From assembly GCF_036971445.1 (NCBI RefSeq), contig NC_091469.1, positions 288,982,001 through 289,046,000 of the forward strand: 64,000 bases of DNA, read 5' to 3'. Every line of letters begins with the position of its first letter. The stretch's first letter is position 1. Source of the stretch: Narcine bancroftii (Eukaryota). The notes below the pieces were generated by a model. That model did no database searches and was not told where the DNA came from. It worked only from the letters and a program-made list of their open reading frames with translations. Position numbers and translations under genes: made by a program. This document shows, in pieces, positions 38,561-51,084 of this stretch.

Positions 38561-39194
38561 GAATGAAGCACGTGAGATCCTAAAGATTCTCAGCAGAGTG
38601 AATAAAAGAAGACAAGAAATGGGAGCAGGAGTCGGCCATCGGGCCCACAGAGTCTGCTCTGCTATTCAATAAGATCATGGCTAATCTAGCCATGGACTCA
38701 GACCTCCCTGTTCCTTGTAACCCTTAATTCCACTGTGTGAAGGTGGAGAGGCAGTTACTTCAATGGGAGAATCCATGATAAATGCCACTGGTTGTCTGAC
38801 AAAAAGGGAGAGCTGAGGTGAATTATTTGACTCAGAGAATTGTGGCATTTTGGAACCCAGTGCCTCATAGGGGCAATGGAAGCAGAGAGTGTGGAATTGG
38901 CAAGCATGGGGCTGTATGTTGGATTAGATTGGTCAAAATATCATTGAATGGTGCTTACTTTCTCCCAGGCAAAATAAAATCACAATCTACTGGAGGAAGT
39001 CAGTGGGTTGAACAGCATCAGCACAGAGAAAGATTCAGGCCAGAGCCTTTTATCAAAACAGAGGGTGCAGTGGAGAGACAGGCAAGGAAGGGTGGGAGGG
39101 GTGGTCCAGTGCTCATTAGTGGATTGGTGAAGGGTGATGGGCAGTGGGGTGGAGTTGGGAGACTGGCAGACCAAGGTGGGGGGGGGGTGGGGGG

Positions 39195-39197
<3 letters not shown>

Positions 39198-39240
<43 letters not shown>
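39198..39240. repeat. (GA)n microsatellite
   Basis: Perfect GA run. Confidence 0.98.
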
Positions 39241-39246
<6 letters not shown>

Positions 39247-40155
39247 GGGCAAAAGAAACAAAGAAGATGAGGATTTTTCTCTGAGGATTGTGAGCCTTTT
39301 GAACTCTCTTCCTTGGAGAATAGCGGAAGAACATAGAAAAGTTCAGCACAGGAATAACCCTTTCAGCCCATGTATCTCTGTCAGACATGATGTCCAAATC
39401 AAACTAAAACTATTGCTTGCACCTGATCATCTTCTTCATATTTATGCATCTATCCAGAAACAAAGACTTTGAATATTTCTGAAGCAAATATAGCTGGACT
39501 CTTGATTAGCTTGAGGGTGAAAGGTAACGTTGTGGATGTGGAATACAGAATTGAGGTTATGTTCATGTCAGCCATTAAATGATAGGGCAGGTTTGAGGGG
39601 CTGAATGGTCTTCTGGTCCAAATTTGTGCATCAGTACATTCTCAGTCCGTGCTACTGATACCAGCAAGGAATGTGTGAGATGCCAACAAGCTGTTAAACA
39701 ATACCATTGCGTGGGTTTGAATCAAAGGCCAAGAAACATCAGGATTTTATTCCAGGAAAAAAATGTCCAAGGATTGATGGAGGTAAAAAAAAATGAGATG
39801 GGTTGTTCAGGTAAAGACAGAAAAGGTATTTCCACTACGGGGCCAAATGGAGGTGGGGGAAGGACTGAAATGAATTGCTAATTGTCACGTGTACCAAGAT
39901 ACAACAAAATCTTTGTTTCGTTAATGAAAACGATAATGAGTTTAATATCATGCACATTGTATAATGTTACACATGGACCAAAATTCTTGCTGCAGCAAAT
40001 GAGGGTACTTGCAAACAAAAACTATAATAGTCGACTAATTGATCCAAAGAGACAATAAAAATAGAAAATAGATGGATAATAAATATTCACAGAAAGCCCG
40101 CTACATAAAAGTGGCAGCAACAGTACAGACAGACCTTTGTGGTGTTGGAGCAACA

Positions 40156-41693
40156 CCTGATTAATATAACAGGGGGAGGTTCACGAGCCTGATTAGTGTA
40201 ACGGGGGAGGTTCACGAGCCTGATTAGTGTAACGGGGAGGTTCACGAGCCTGATTAGTGTAACGGGGAGGTTCACGAGCCTGATTAGTGTAACGGGGAGG
40301 TTCACGAGCCTGATTAGTGTAACGGGGAGGTTCACGAGCCTGATTAGTGTAACGGGGAGGTTCACGAGCCTGATTAGTGTAACGGGGAGGTTCACGAGCC
40401 TGATTAGTGTAACGGGGGAGGTTCACGAGCCTGATTAGTGTAACGGGGAGGTTCACGAGCCTGATTAGTGTAACGGGGAGGTTCACGAGCCTGATTAGTG
40501 TAACGGGGGAGGTTCACGAGCCTGATTAGTGTAACGGGGGAGGTTCACGAGCCTGATTAGTGTAACGGGGGAGGTTCACGAGCCTGATTAGTGTAACGGG
40601 GGAGGTTCACGAGCCTGATTAGTGTAACGGGGAGGTTCACGAGCCTGATTAGTGTAACGGGGGAGGTTCACGAGCCTGATTAGTGTAACGGAGGAGGTTC
40701 ACGAGCCTGATTAGTGTAACGGGGGAGGTTCACGAGCCTGATTAGTGTAACGGGGAGGTTCACGAGCCTGATTAGTGTAACGGGGGAGGTTCACGAGCCT
40801 GATTAGTGTAACGGGGGAGGTTCACGAGCCTGATTAGTGTAACGGGGAGGTTCACGAGCCTGATTAGTGTAACGGGGAGGTTCACGAGCCTGATTAGTGT
40901 AACGGGGGAGGTTCACGAGCCTGATTAGTGTAACGGGGAGGTTCACGAGCCTGATTAGTGTAACGGGGAGGTTCACGAGCCTGATTAGTGTAACGGGGGA
41001 GGTTCACGAGCCTGATTAGTGTAACGGGGAGGTTCACGAACCTGATTAGTGTAACGGGGAGGTTCACGAGCCTGATTAGTGTAACGGGGGAGGTTCACGA
41101 GCCTGATTAGTGTAACGGGGGAGGTTCACGAGCCTGATTAGTGTAACGGGGGAGGTTCACGAGCCTGATTAGTGTAACGGGGAGGTTCACGAGCCTGATT
41201 AGTGTAACGGGGGAGGTTCACGAGCCTGATTAGTGTAACGGGGGAGGTTCACGAGCCTGATTAGTGTAACGGGGGAGGTTCACGAGCCTGATTAGTGTAA
41301 CGGGGGAGGTTCACGAGCCTGATTAGTGTAACGGGGGAGGTTCACGAGCCTGATTAGTGTAACGGGGAGGTTCACGAGCCTGATTAGTGTAACGGGGGAG
41401 GTTCACGAGCCTGATTAGTGTAACGGGGGAGGTTCACGAGCCTGATTAGTGTAACGGGGGAGGTTCACGAGCCTGATTAGTGTAACGGGGAGGTTCACGA
41501 GCCTGATTAGTGTAACGGGGGAGATTCACGAGCCTGATTAGTGTAACGGGGGAGGTTCACGAGCCTGATTAGTGTAACGGGGAGGTTCACGAGCCTGATT
41601 AGTGTAACGGGGAGGTTACGAGCCTGATTAGTGTAACAGGGGAGGTTCACGAGCCTGATTAGTGTAACGGGGGAGGTTCATGAGCCTGATTAG
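40156..41693. repeat. 30/31-bp minisatellite, about 50 copies, inside a Rex1-like LINE
   Basis: Unit CCTGATTAGTGTAAC(G4-5)AGGTTCACGAG; no unique spacers. Confidence 0.97.
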
Positions 41694-41722
41694 CTGTTGA
41701 AAGGAAACTGTTTTAGAACCCA

Positions 41723-42107
41723 AGTAAATCACAAAATTCTGTAGACACTGTGAATGAAAATACTGGAGAAGCTCAGCATATGAAACATTGTACTTTCTGT
41801 TTACATAGGCAGAGATATATAACCGATGTTTTGGGCTTGAGCCCTTCATCAAAGTAGGGGAAAATGCCAGCAGGCATCCAAACTAAAGAGTGGGGGGGTT
41901 TTGGATGAGCGAAGTGGGATGGCAAAGGCAGGAGATGATAGGAGGAAAAAGGAGGAAAGAGACAGCAGCGATGAGAGGAGGGAGATGGCTGGGTGGGTGG
42001 AAGGACCGGAAAGGGGGAGGGGAGAAAAGACGGGCAGGTTTAGTGGAAAGCAGTGTTAATGTCATCTGGCTGGAGGGTGACCAGATGGAAGATAAGGTTC
42101 TTCCAAT
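41723..42107 (-). mobile_element. Penelope-like element 3' fragment (endonuclease C-terminus plus terminal repeat) with 15-bp TSD
   Basis: Minus strand reads LEE/LIFHLVTLQPDDINTAFH* (compare PLE GIY-YIG tail LEEQHLIFRLGTLQP.GIN..F), then TTGATGAAGGGCTCAAGCCCAAAACATC. Flanked by CTGTTTT(A/T)GAACCCA at 41708-41722 and 42108-42122. Confidence 0.78.
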
Positions 42108-42519
42108 CTGTTTTTGAACCCAGAGGTGCTGGTCTTTAAGCTTCTGTACCTTCTGCCCAAAGTTAGCGGTGAGAAGCGGTTACTGTATGCCCACAGTGAT
42201 GGGGGTTATTTATGATGATGGCTGCCTTCACACATATTCTTCAATAAATAGGTCAGAGCTTGTGATCGACCTGCCTATGTTTACTGCATTGTGCAACCTT
42301 TTTTGTTCCCGAGCCTTTGAATTCCACACCAGGCAGTCAAGCAACCAGTCAGTATACATTCCATGGGGCACCTGTAGAAGTTAGTTAAAGAATCTGTCTA
42401 CATGACAAATCGCCTCAACTCCTTAGGCATTGGTATGCCTTCTTCATGGTCACCTCAATGTGCTGGCTCCAGGAGAATCCTCTGAAGTACAGTATGGATT
42501 CCCAGGATCATGAATGTTC

Positions 42520-42965
42520 TGATCCTTTCCACCTCTGTCCTATCATCTCCTGTCCCATCATCCCCACCTCTGTCCCATCATCTCCCTTCCCATCATCCCC
42601 ACCTCTGTCCTATCATCTCCCGTCCCATCATCCCCACCTTTGTCCCATCATCTCCCTTCCTATCAACATCACCTCCATCCCATCATCTCCCTTCCCATCA
42701 TCCCCACCTCCAACCCATCCTCCCTTCCCATCATCCCCACCTCTGTCCCATCATCTCCCTTCCCATCATCCCCACCTCTTTCCCTTCATTCCCACCTCCA
42801 TCCCATCATCTCCCTTCCCATCATACCTACCTCCATCCCATTATCTCCCTTCCCATCATCCCTACCTCCATCCCATCATCTCCCTTCCCATCATCCCCAC
42901 CTCCGTCCCATCATCTCCTTCCTTTCCACTATCTCCATTCCCTTCCTACCATCTCCACCTCCTTC
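42520..42965. repeat. Degenerate CCCATCATCTCCCTT/CCCCACCT tandem repeat
   Basis: Pyrimidine-rich composite units. Confidence 0.9.
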
Positions 42966-43874
42966 CCTGTTGTTGCATTATTGGTGTGCTCTGTGATATG
43001 CTCCAAAATTACATAATGCTCCCAGAATCCTGTGCCCAATGTAACAGGCAATCATTCCGGTTTGTGCCACGCCACAGGCTCAAAAAGTGAAGGTTGGCCT
43101 CTCACGGACCTGCCCTAATGGGCAACATATAGGAGTATAAGGCTAGGCTCGGATAACCTGCCTCCCTACACTTTAAGATGCTTTGGATCAAGCACTTCAA
43201 TCATCAAGGGTCAGAGGGCTGTGGACCAAGTACCATGAGATTGGATTTGTATAATTAGGTACTGAATTGTCAACATGGAAATGATGGGCTGAAAGGCCTG
43301 TTACGTGCTGTGTGGCTCTATGACTCTACCCATGATTTCAGACCATCGTCATGGTGACCTCAGCTGCAATGCTAGACTTTGCTCCAAGGATGGTGTGCTT
43401 TGTAACAGCAAGAGAAGATTTGATTGAGATGGATGAGATAGGTTTAGAGAGAGTAAATTGGTGATGGATCAAGGATAGGGCCCAGAGTCAGGGTGAGGGG
43501 CGAAACATGAGGGAGTGTGCTGTTGCTCCAGAGCTCACTTCCTGAAGGATGGGATGGGGGGAGCAGAATCCAGGTTTTCAACAAGGAACTGGACAGGCAG
43601 TTGAGTGAAAGGAGGTGCAGAGTTGCTTTGGAAACACCTGCCTTGGACACAATGGATCAAACGATCCCTGGGGTTCCCTTTGAAATGGCAAGAGAGCCAC
43701 TCAGTTCAAAAGCAACAAGCTGTGACTCCGAACAGTGGAGCTCCTTGCCAAACCAAACAGCAGGAACATCCTCTGCAGAAAAACTGTGTTCAAATAAAAA
43801 ACCTCACTTACGCCTTCTACAGGGGCAGTTGAGGAAGGGCAAATGGATACTTGCAGAAATAGAGGGAGAGAGTG

Positions 43875-44560
43875 GATGGATAGATAGAGATAGATACATA
43901 GACAGACAGACAGAGAGATTGATAGATAGACAGACCAACAGATGGAAAGATCGATAGACAGACCAACAGATAGATAGACAGATAGGCAGATGACAGATAG
44001 ATAGATAGACTGGCAGATAGATAGATAGATAGACAGACCAACAGATAGATAGACAAATTGATAGACAGATAGGCAGATGGACAGATAGATCGATAGACTG
44101 ACAGACAGATAGATCGATGGACAGATAGCTAGATAGACAGATTGCTAGACAGACACAGACAGATCGATAGATCAATTGACAGACAGATAGATAGACTGGC
44201 AGACAGATAGATAGATAGATAGACAGACCAACAGAGAGATAGACAGACAAATTGATAGACAGATAGGCAGACAGACAGATAAATAGATCGAGAGGCAGAC
44301 AGATAGATCAATAGATCGATAGACAGATAGATAAACTGAGACAGATAGATGATAAATCGATAGACTGACAGACAGATAGATTGATGGACAGATAGATAGA
44401 TAGACAGATTACTAGACAGACACACAGATAGAAGGATAGATAGATGGATAGATAGACAGATAGACTAAGAGACAGATAGACTGACAGACAGATAGACTGA
44501 CAGACAGATAGATCGATGGACAGATACACAGACAAAACAGATAGATTTAATAGATATGAG
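43875..44560. repeat. Compound (GATA/GACA)n microsatellite
   Basis: Degenerate tetranucleotide array. Confidence 0.95.
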
Positions 44561-45334
44561 AGACAGCAGATTTCCTTCCTCCAAGGATGTTTTTGAACCA
44601 GATGGTTTTTTTAATGACAAACCAGAAGTTTTGTGGCCACCAGTACTGCGTGATTTCCTCTTTCTTTCAGATTTATTTAATTAAGTGAATTTAAATTCCC
44701 CAGCTGTCATTATGGGAGTTGACCATTTCCAGATTATAATTTTGGAGCTCTGAATTGTTTGCCCATCACCATAACCACAGATCTCCTCTTTCCACCACTG
44801 GCTGAGATTAATTCCAAAAATTCCAAAAGAATCCAACCCATTATTTCTCCCAGGAAGTTTACCTCTTTTAAATGTATTTTTTAGGACTTGCCATCACTGT
44901 TGGGGCCAGCATTTAGTGTCTTTGAGAAGCTGGTGGTGAACCACCTTCGAGAACAGGCACGTCGAGGCCACTGTGAAGAAACGTACCAAAGTCTCGAAGA
45001 AGACTGAGGAGATTTGACATATCTATCAAACAGGTGCACTGTGGAAAGGACACTGACTGGTTGGCAATACAGATGCCCAGGAATGCAGACAACTGTGGAA
45101 GATAGCAAACACAGCCAGGTCAACCCGGGTTCCGACCTGCCATCCACTGCAGACATCTAATTGAATCGCTGCCTCAAGCAGGCAGCCAATATCGTAGAGG
45201 ACTCCCACCACCTCTTCTCACTGCTCCCTTCAGGCCTGATGACCAGCACCTCTGGGTGAAAGAACAGTTTATTTCCAACAGCTATTAGCCTCTTGAACCT
45301 CCTCATATTTCACAATTTTTTAAATGTTTTTTTT

Positions 45335-45582
45335 AAATTTAGACATACAGCACAGTAACAGGCCATTTCAGCCCATGAGACCGTGTCGCTCAATTATACT
45401 CGATTGACCTACAACCCCTGGTACATTTCAAGTGGTGGGAGGAAACCAGGTCCCCCAGGGAAACCCATGCAGACATGGGGTGAATGTACAAGCTCCTTAC
45501 AGACAGTGCAGGATTCGAACTCTGGTCCCGGTCGCTGGTGCTGTAACCGCGTTGCGCTGACCACTACGCCAACCATGCTGCA
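45335..45582 (-). mobile_element. V-SINE inserted in a + strand Rex1-like LINE (about 44995-45810)
   Basis: Full SINE head, V-domain and tail; the host LINE has ..ctttcaggcct..aacagtttatttccaacagctattagcctcttgaac before the insertion. Confidence 0.8.
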
Positions 45583-46709
45583 CTGATCAGGGACTGCTCC
45601 GACAGGACAGGATAGTCTTCGCTATTGTAACACATCCTTTCTTTTCTTGCAAACACAGTTATTGTGAATATTTATCATCAATTTATTGTTGGTATTTATT
45701 ATCCTCTGAGTTTTATTTATTTATTGCAGTCAGCTTTTTTTTTAACAGAACCTGTTTGGATGAAGTAAGTAAGAATTTTGGAGTATATTATGTAATGTAT
45801 ATGACAAAAGAAGTGTTCATTAACAGAACAAGATATTCACTCTAAGGTTATCAAGAGAATAGGGCAGGAAGGGCTGAGATGAGTATACCTTGGGGACTGA
45901 GATATTACCATCATTCTTCTCGAAACTGCCTCCCCCACCAACATTCACCACTCCGATTTACTTCTCCAGCATACCATAAAACACCCTGCCAATTCACTTT
46001 CAACCTTTTCATGGTCCGCGTGGCAGCCCCCGACTTCACCCTCAGGTACGTTTTAAATGCTTCACCTCTCAGATCCAATCTGTGGCCACTAGCTTTAAAA
46101 TTCCTTACCCTGTGAAAAGTCTTTGACTATGCCTCTTATCTAGACCCCTCATGATCTTATGAACCTCCCTAAGGTTGCTCCCTCAGCTTCCAACACTCCA
46201 TAGACAAAAAAATGCCAACTTATTCAGCCTCTCCTCACAATACAAGTGCAACCAGTCCCGGTCACATTCCCATAAATCTTCTCAAGGGCAATAAGGGATG
46301 GACAATAAACTGTGGCCTGACCACGCTTCTTAATTCATTCAAGGAGAGTGAAGTTCACAGGCTGAGCCAGCAATTAATTGCCCTTGAGAAAGCAATAGGG
46401 AGCTGCCGTCTTGAACCGCTGCAGTACCTGAGATGTGGGAGGATCCAGTGTCGGTGAAGGAAAGGTGATGCATTTCTGAGTCAGGATGGAGTGTGACCTA
46501 GAAGAAACACTTATTTACAGCACAGTAGAAGCTGATTTCAGTCATTGAAATCCGTGCTGCCCAATTAACCTATAACCCCATACATTTTGGAAGGTGGGAG
46601 GAAACTGGAGCACCTGGAGGAAGCCCACACAGACACAGGGAGGATGTACAAAATCGTTACAGACAGTGCAGGATTCAAATCTGGGCCATTGGTGCTGTAA
46701 TAGTGTTGT

Positions 46710-47830
46710 GGAGATTCGATACGTCACCAAAGACACTTTGCATTTCTACAGGTGCACTGTGGAGAGCATTCTGACAGGTTGCATTACTGTAGGGTACAGA
46801 AGAGGAAGCTCTATGGAGAGTTGTGAACTCGACCAATGCCATCACGGGCAGCGGTCTTCATTCCATCGAGGACATCTACGAGAGGTGGAATATCAAGAAA
46901 GAAGCTTCTATCCTCAAGGACCCTCACCCCTCCACCCCAGGTCATACCCTCTTCTCACTGCTACCATCAGGAAGGAGGTGAAGGAGCCTAGAGATTTATT
47001 ATCAGAGTACATACATGACTTCACAAACAACGCTGAGATTCCTTTTTCCTGCGGGCATGGCAGAATTACCACTAATTGGTAGAGCAAAAAAATAAACTGA
47101 ACACAGTGTAATATGCTATCAAATAAAAGAACTGCAAACAGATAACGAATATAAACAAACTGACTGTGCAATACAGGGAGAACAAAAGAAAATCAATAAA
47201 GTGCAAAGTAAGAGTCCTTAAATGAGTCCCTGATTGAGTTTGTCGTCGAGAAGTCTGATGGCGGAGGGGTAGCGGCTTTTCCTGAACCTGGTGGTGCAAG
47301 TCTTGTGGTACCTAGACCTCTTTCCTGATGGGAGCATCGAGAACAGAGTGTGTGCTGGGTGGTTTGGATTCTTGATGATTGCTGCTGCTCTCCAATGGCA
47401 GTGTTCCCCGTAGATGTACTCGATAGTGGGGAAGGTTTTGCCTGTGATGTCCTGGGCTGCGTCCACTACCTTTTGAAGGGCTTTACTCTCAGGGGTATTG
47501 TTATCCCCATACCAGGCCGTGATGCAGCAGGTCAGCACATTTTCCACTGCATATCTGTAGAAATTTGCCAGGGTTTCTCGAGTCGCACTGAACCTCCGCC
47601 AATTCCTGAGGAAGTAGAGGCGCTGACGTCCTGAAGGCGAACACCCAGCGGTTCAAGGACAAATTCTTCCCCTCTGAACGGACAATGAACTCACTACCTC
47701 ACTTTCTCATATTTTGCAGTAATTTATTTATTTAAATCAAATGTAATTTATGGAAATATTTGCACCTGCGATGCTGCCACAAAACAACAGATTTTGTGAC
47801 GTGTTCTTGACAATAAATTCGGATTCTGAT
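46710..47830. mobile_element. + strand Rex1/Babar fragment split by a - strand Rex1/Babar copy (about 46990-47628)
   Basis: FYRCTVESILTGCIT..ggagcct is continued by cctgaaggcgaacacccagcgg.. after the insert. Inner ORF ENVLTCCITAWYG..LPSGKRSR..AIRLL on the minus strand. Confidence 0.82.
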
Positions 47831-48154
47831 TGTGAAATAAATAATTGATGATATGATGCTAATTTACTGTCTACCTTTGGACAACGTGATGAACTGTGTG
47901 TGGTGTCCCCTTATTCAAGAATTGAGATTGGGATAATAACCCCTCAGATAATTCTCACCACAGCTCTCCACAGATGTGGTGTAACAGATTGGTCTGTCCT
48001 TGATTATCAGCAGAAAAACTTGCCTGAGGGATTACGTTGTGTTGAAATAGACAGGAACCAATCTGCTTTTTTTTAAAAAAAATGTTGAGTTAACTCTCTC
48101 TTTAACATCACATGCAGAGGTTTTAGGTGCTACAAAAATGAGATATAACAAAGT

Positions 48155-48470
48155 TGTTTCTCACACCAGGGGAATCTAGAAGAGGCCACAATTTCAGGAT
48201 CAAAGGATGCCAGTTTAAAACAGAAGTGCTGAGAAATTTCTTTATCCAGAGGGTCGCGAGTCTGTGGGACTTGTTGCCACAGGCAACAGTAGAAGCAAGG
48301 TCGTTGGGTGTATTTAAGACAGAAATTGACACTCATTTGATTAATCAGGGCATCAAGGATTACAGGGAGAAGACCACGGAGTGGGGCTAAGTGATAAGGA
48401 TCAGCTCATGATTAAATGGCATAGCAGGCCCGATGGTCCGATTGGCCTACTTTAATCTCTTATATCTTGT
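48155..48470 (+). mobile_element. CR1 LINE 3' end
   Basis: GESRRGHNFRIKG..RNFFIQRVASLWDLLP..FKTEID. Confidence 0.82.
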
Positions 48471-49174
48471 GATAAGTCATTACTGTTGAAAGCAAATTTG
48501 CCTCGCCACCCTTAGTGGGATGTAAGTGGAAAGAAAAAGTTTGAAAACCACTGTTTTAATCGTCCCCAATGTGCACAGTTTCAGAACTCCAAAGGAAATG
48601 GGCCAATGACAATTGTAGACTCCAGGACAGAATGGGGTCCCCTCAGCAATAAGTGCATGATGAATGCGGTGGTGAATGGTCTGAGCAAAGAGATTCAGCT
48701 GGTCAGGCAGCATCCAAGGAGAAAAATAAACAGTTTTGGGTTGGGAACTTTTATTGACAAGAAACATTCATGCACCATTTATCTCCATGGATGTTGCCTG
48801 GCCCATTGTGTTTAATCAGCTTCTCTGCCTTCACTCAAAATCCAAGCATAGGCAATTCCCTGAACATTCAGCCAGTCCCTGAATCCCCCATCCCTGAACA
48901 CCCAGCCAGTCCCTGAATCCCCCCCCCCCCCATCCCTGATCACCATACCCTCAGCCCCTGAACACCACCACCAGCTCTCGAGGATGGTCCCCATTGTCTG
49001 TGCAACACCTTGTGCCCCGACCCCAAAGGAGCCCCACGCTGGGGGAGAATGATGAAGTGAGGGTTGTGGAGCTGGTCCCTCAGCCAAGGGTGACAGAAGA
49101 GGAGTGTGGCCTGACAGCCCCATCCACACGCTGCCTCCTCCACCTTGCCTTGTGGGCTTCAGTTCCCTAGCTCC

Positions 49175-50092
49175 TCCCTCTTTACTATGGGGTTACTATG
49201 GGCACTGACTTTAGTTACACAGGGAGTGCGGGAGATTGCAAAGGCAGCACTTATTCTCACTCTTTCTTTCCATTTATCTTTCGAATTCTCTCTTTCTATC
49301 TCTATCTCTCCTATCTTGATCCCCCTCCCCACTTTCTCTTCCTCTCACTTTCTTTCCCTCCCTCTCTTTCTCCCTTTCCCTCCTTCCCTCATTATTCTCC
49401 TCTCTCCCCTTTCTCCCCTTCCCTCCTTCTCTCTCCCCACCCCTCCTATCTCCCCTCCTCTCCCTCTTCCTGCCCCTCCCTCTCTCCCCTCCTCTCCCTC
49501 TTCCCTTTTTATTCCCCTCCCTCCCCTCCTCTTCCGCTCCCTCCCTTCCCCTCTCTCCTCTCCTCCCTTCTCCCCTCCCTCCTCTCTCCCCTCCCCTCCC
49601 TCTTTACTATGGGGTTACTATGGGCACTGACTTTAGTTACACAGGGAGTGCGGGAGATTGCAAAGGCAGCACTTATTCTCACTCTTTCTTTCCATTTATC
49701 TTTCGAATTCTCTCTTTCTATCTCTATCTCTCCTATCTTGATCCCCTCCCCACTTTCTCTTCCTCTCACTTTCTTTCCCTCCCTCTCTTTCTCCCTTTCC
49801 TCCTTCCCTCATTATTCTCCTCTCTCCCCTTTCTCCCCTTCCCTCCTTCTCTCTCCCCACCCCTCCTATCTCCCCCTCCTCTCCCTCTTCTGCCCCTCCC
49901 TCTCTCCCCTCCTCTCCCTCTTCCCTTTTTATTCCCCTCCCTCCCCTCCTCTTCCCCTCCCTCCCTTCCCCTCTCTCCTCTCCTCCCTTCTCCCCTCCCC
50001 TCCTCTCTCCCCTCCTCTCCCTCTTCCTGCCCCTCCCTCTCTCCCCTCCTCTCCCTCTTCCCTTTTATCCCCTTCCCTCCTTCTCTCCCCTC
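49175..50092. repeat. About 422-bp tandem duplication (unique 90-bp core plus CT-rich tract) upstream of spon1
   Basis: tttactatggggttactatgggcactgactttagttacacagggagtgcgggagattgcaaagg occurs identically twice, 422 bp apart. Confidence 0.9.
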
Positions 50093-50451
50093 NNNNNNNN
50101 NNNNNNNNNNNNNNNNNNNNNNNNNNNNNNNNNNNNNNNNNNNNNNNNNNNNNNNNNNNNNNNNNNNNNNNNNNNNNNNNNNNNNNNNNNNNNNNNNNNN
50201 NNNNNNNNNNNNNNNNNNNNNNNNNNNNNNNNNNNNNNNNNNNNNNNNNNNNNNNNNNNNNNNNNNNNNNNNNNNNNNNNNNNNNNNNNNNNNNNNNNNN
50301 NNNNNNNNNNNNNNNNNNNNNNNNNNNNNNNNNNNNNNNNNNNNNNNNNNNNNNNNNNNNNNNNNNNNNNNNNNNNNNNNNNNNNNNNNNNNNNNNNNNN
50401 NNNNNNNNNNNNNNNNNNNNNNNNNNNNNNNNNNNNNNNNNNNNNNNNNNN
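50093..50451. other. Assembly gap (further gaps at 50569-50733 and 51495-51646)
   Basis: Runs of N. Confidence 1.
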
Positions 50452-50733
50452 CTTCCCCTCTCTTCCTTCCCCTCACCTCCCTTCTTTCCGCTCTTTCCTC
50501 TCTCTCCTCTCCCTTTCCCCTCTCCTCCCTTCTCCCTCCCCTCTCTCCAACCCCTCCCCTCTCTCCAANNNNNNNNNNNNNNNNNNNNNNNNNNNNNNNN
50601 NNNNNNNNNNNNNNNNNNNNNNNNNNNNNNNNNNNNNNNNNNNNNNNNNNNNNNNNNNNNNNNNNNNNNNNNNNNNNNNNNNNNNNNNNNNNNNNNNNNN
50701 NNNNNNNNNNNNNNNNNNNNNNNNNNNNNNNNN

Positions 50734-51070
50734 CTCACTCACTCACACACACGGAGTGCCGGACGCCGAGGGAGGGAGAGGCAGGGCTGCCACACTCTCC
50801 GATCGCCATGGACTTCACCATACGGTTCCTCGCACTGTCCTTCGCCCTCGGCGCGGCAACCGCTTCCTACCTCGACGAGAGCGTCGTGGCCGACGGATAC
50901 TGCAGCCGCATCGTCCGCTCCCTGGGCAGCCGGAGAGACGGCAACACGGCGTTCAGCCTCCGGATCGAGGGCACCCCTCAGTTCTACAACCCGGGCAGCA
51001 CGTACCGGGGTGAGTGGGAGCCGCGTCCCGGTCCCGGACCCGGCCACGAGTGGCCGCTCTCCGGGGACAC
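50734..51070 (+). promoter_or_regulatory. CpG-island-like segment covering spon1 5'UTR and exon 1
   Basis: Dense CpGs and high GC compared with the CpG-poor window. The upstream promoter is partly hidden by N gaps. Confidence 0.7.
50808..51009 (+). CDS. spon1: Spondin-1 (F-spondin) family gene, coding exon 1: signal peptide and start of Reeler domain
   Basis: ATG in strong Kozak context (gccATGg). Encodes MDFTIRFLALSFALGAATASYLDESVVADGYCSRIVRSLGSRRDGNTAFSLRIEGTPQFYNPGSTYR, matching the SPON1 motif GYCSRI..F.LR.EG.P..Y.PG..YR. Ends phase 1 at a GTGAGT donor (51010). CpG-rich. Confidence 0.95.
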
Positions 51071-51084
51071 ACTGAATGTGGGTC

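Noticed and set aside
40156-41693. CRISPR-like array of 30-bp repeats
   Set aside because: Head-to-tail units with no unique spacers, no cas genes and a vertebrate context. It is a minisatellite.
42446-44535. His/Pro-rich and SIYL-repeat ORFs
   Set aside because: Translations of simple tandem repeats.
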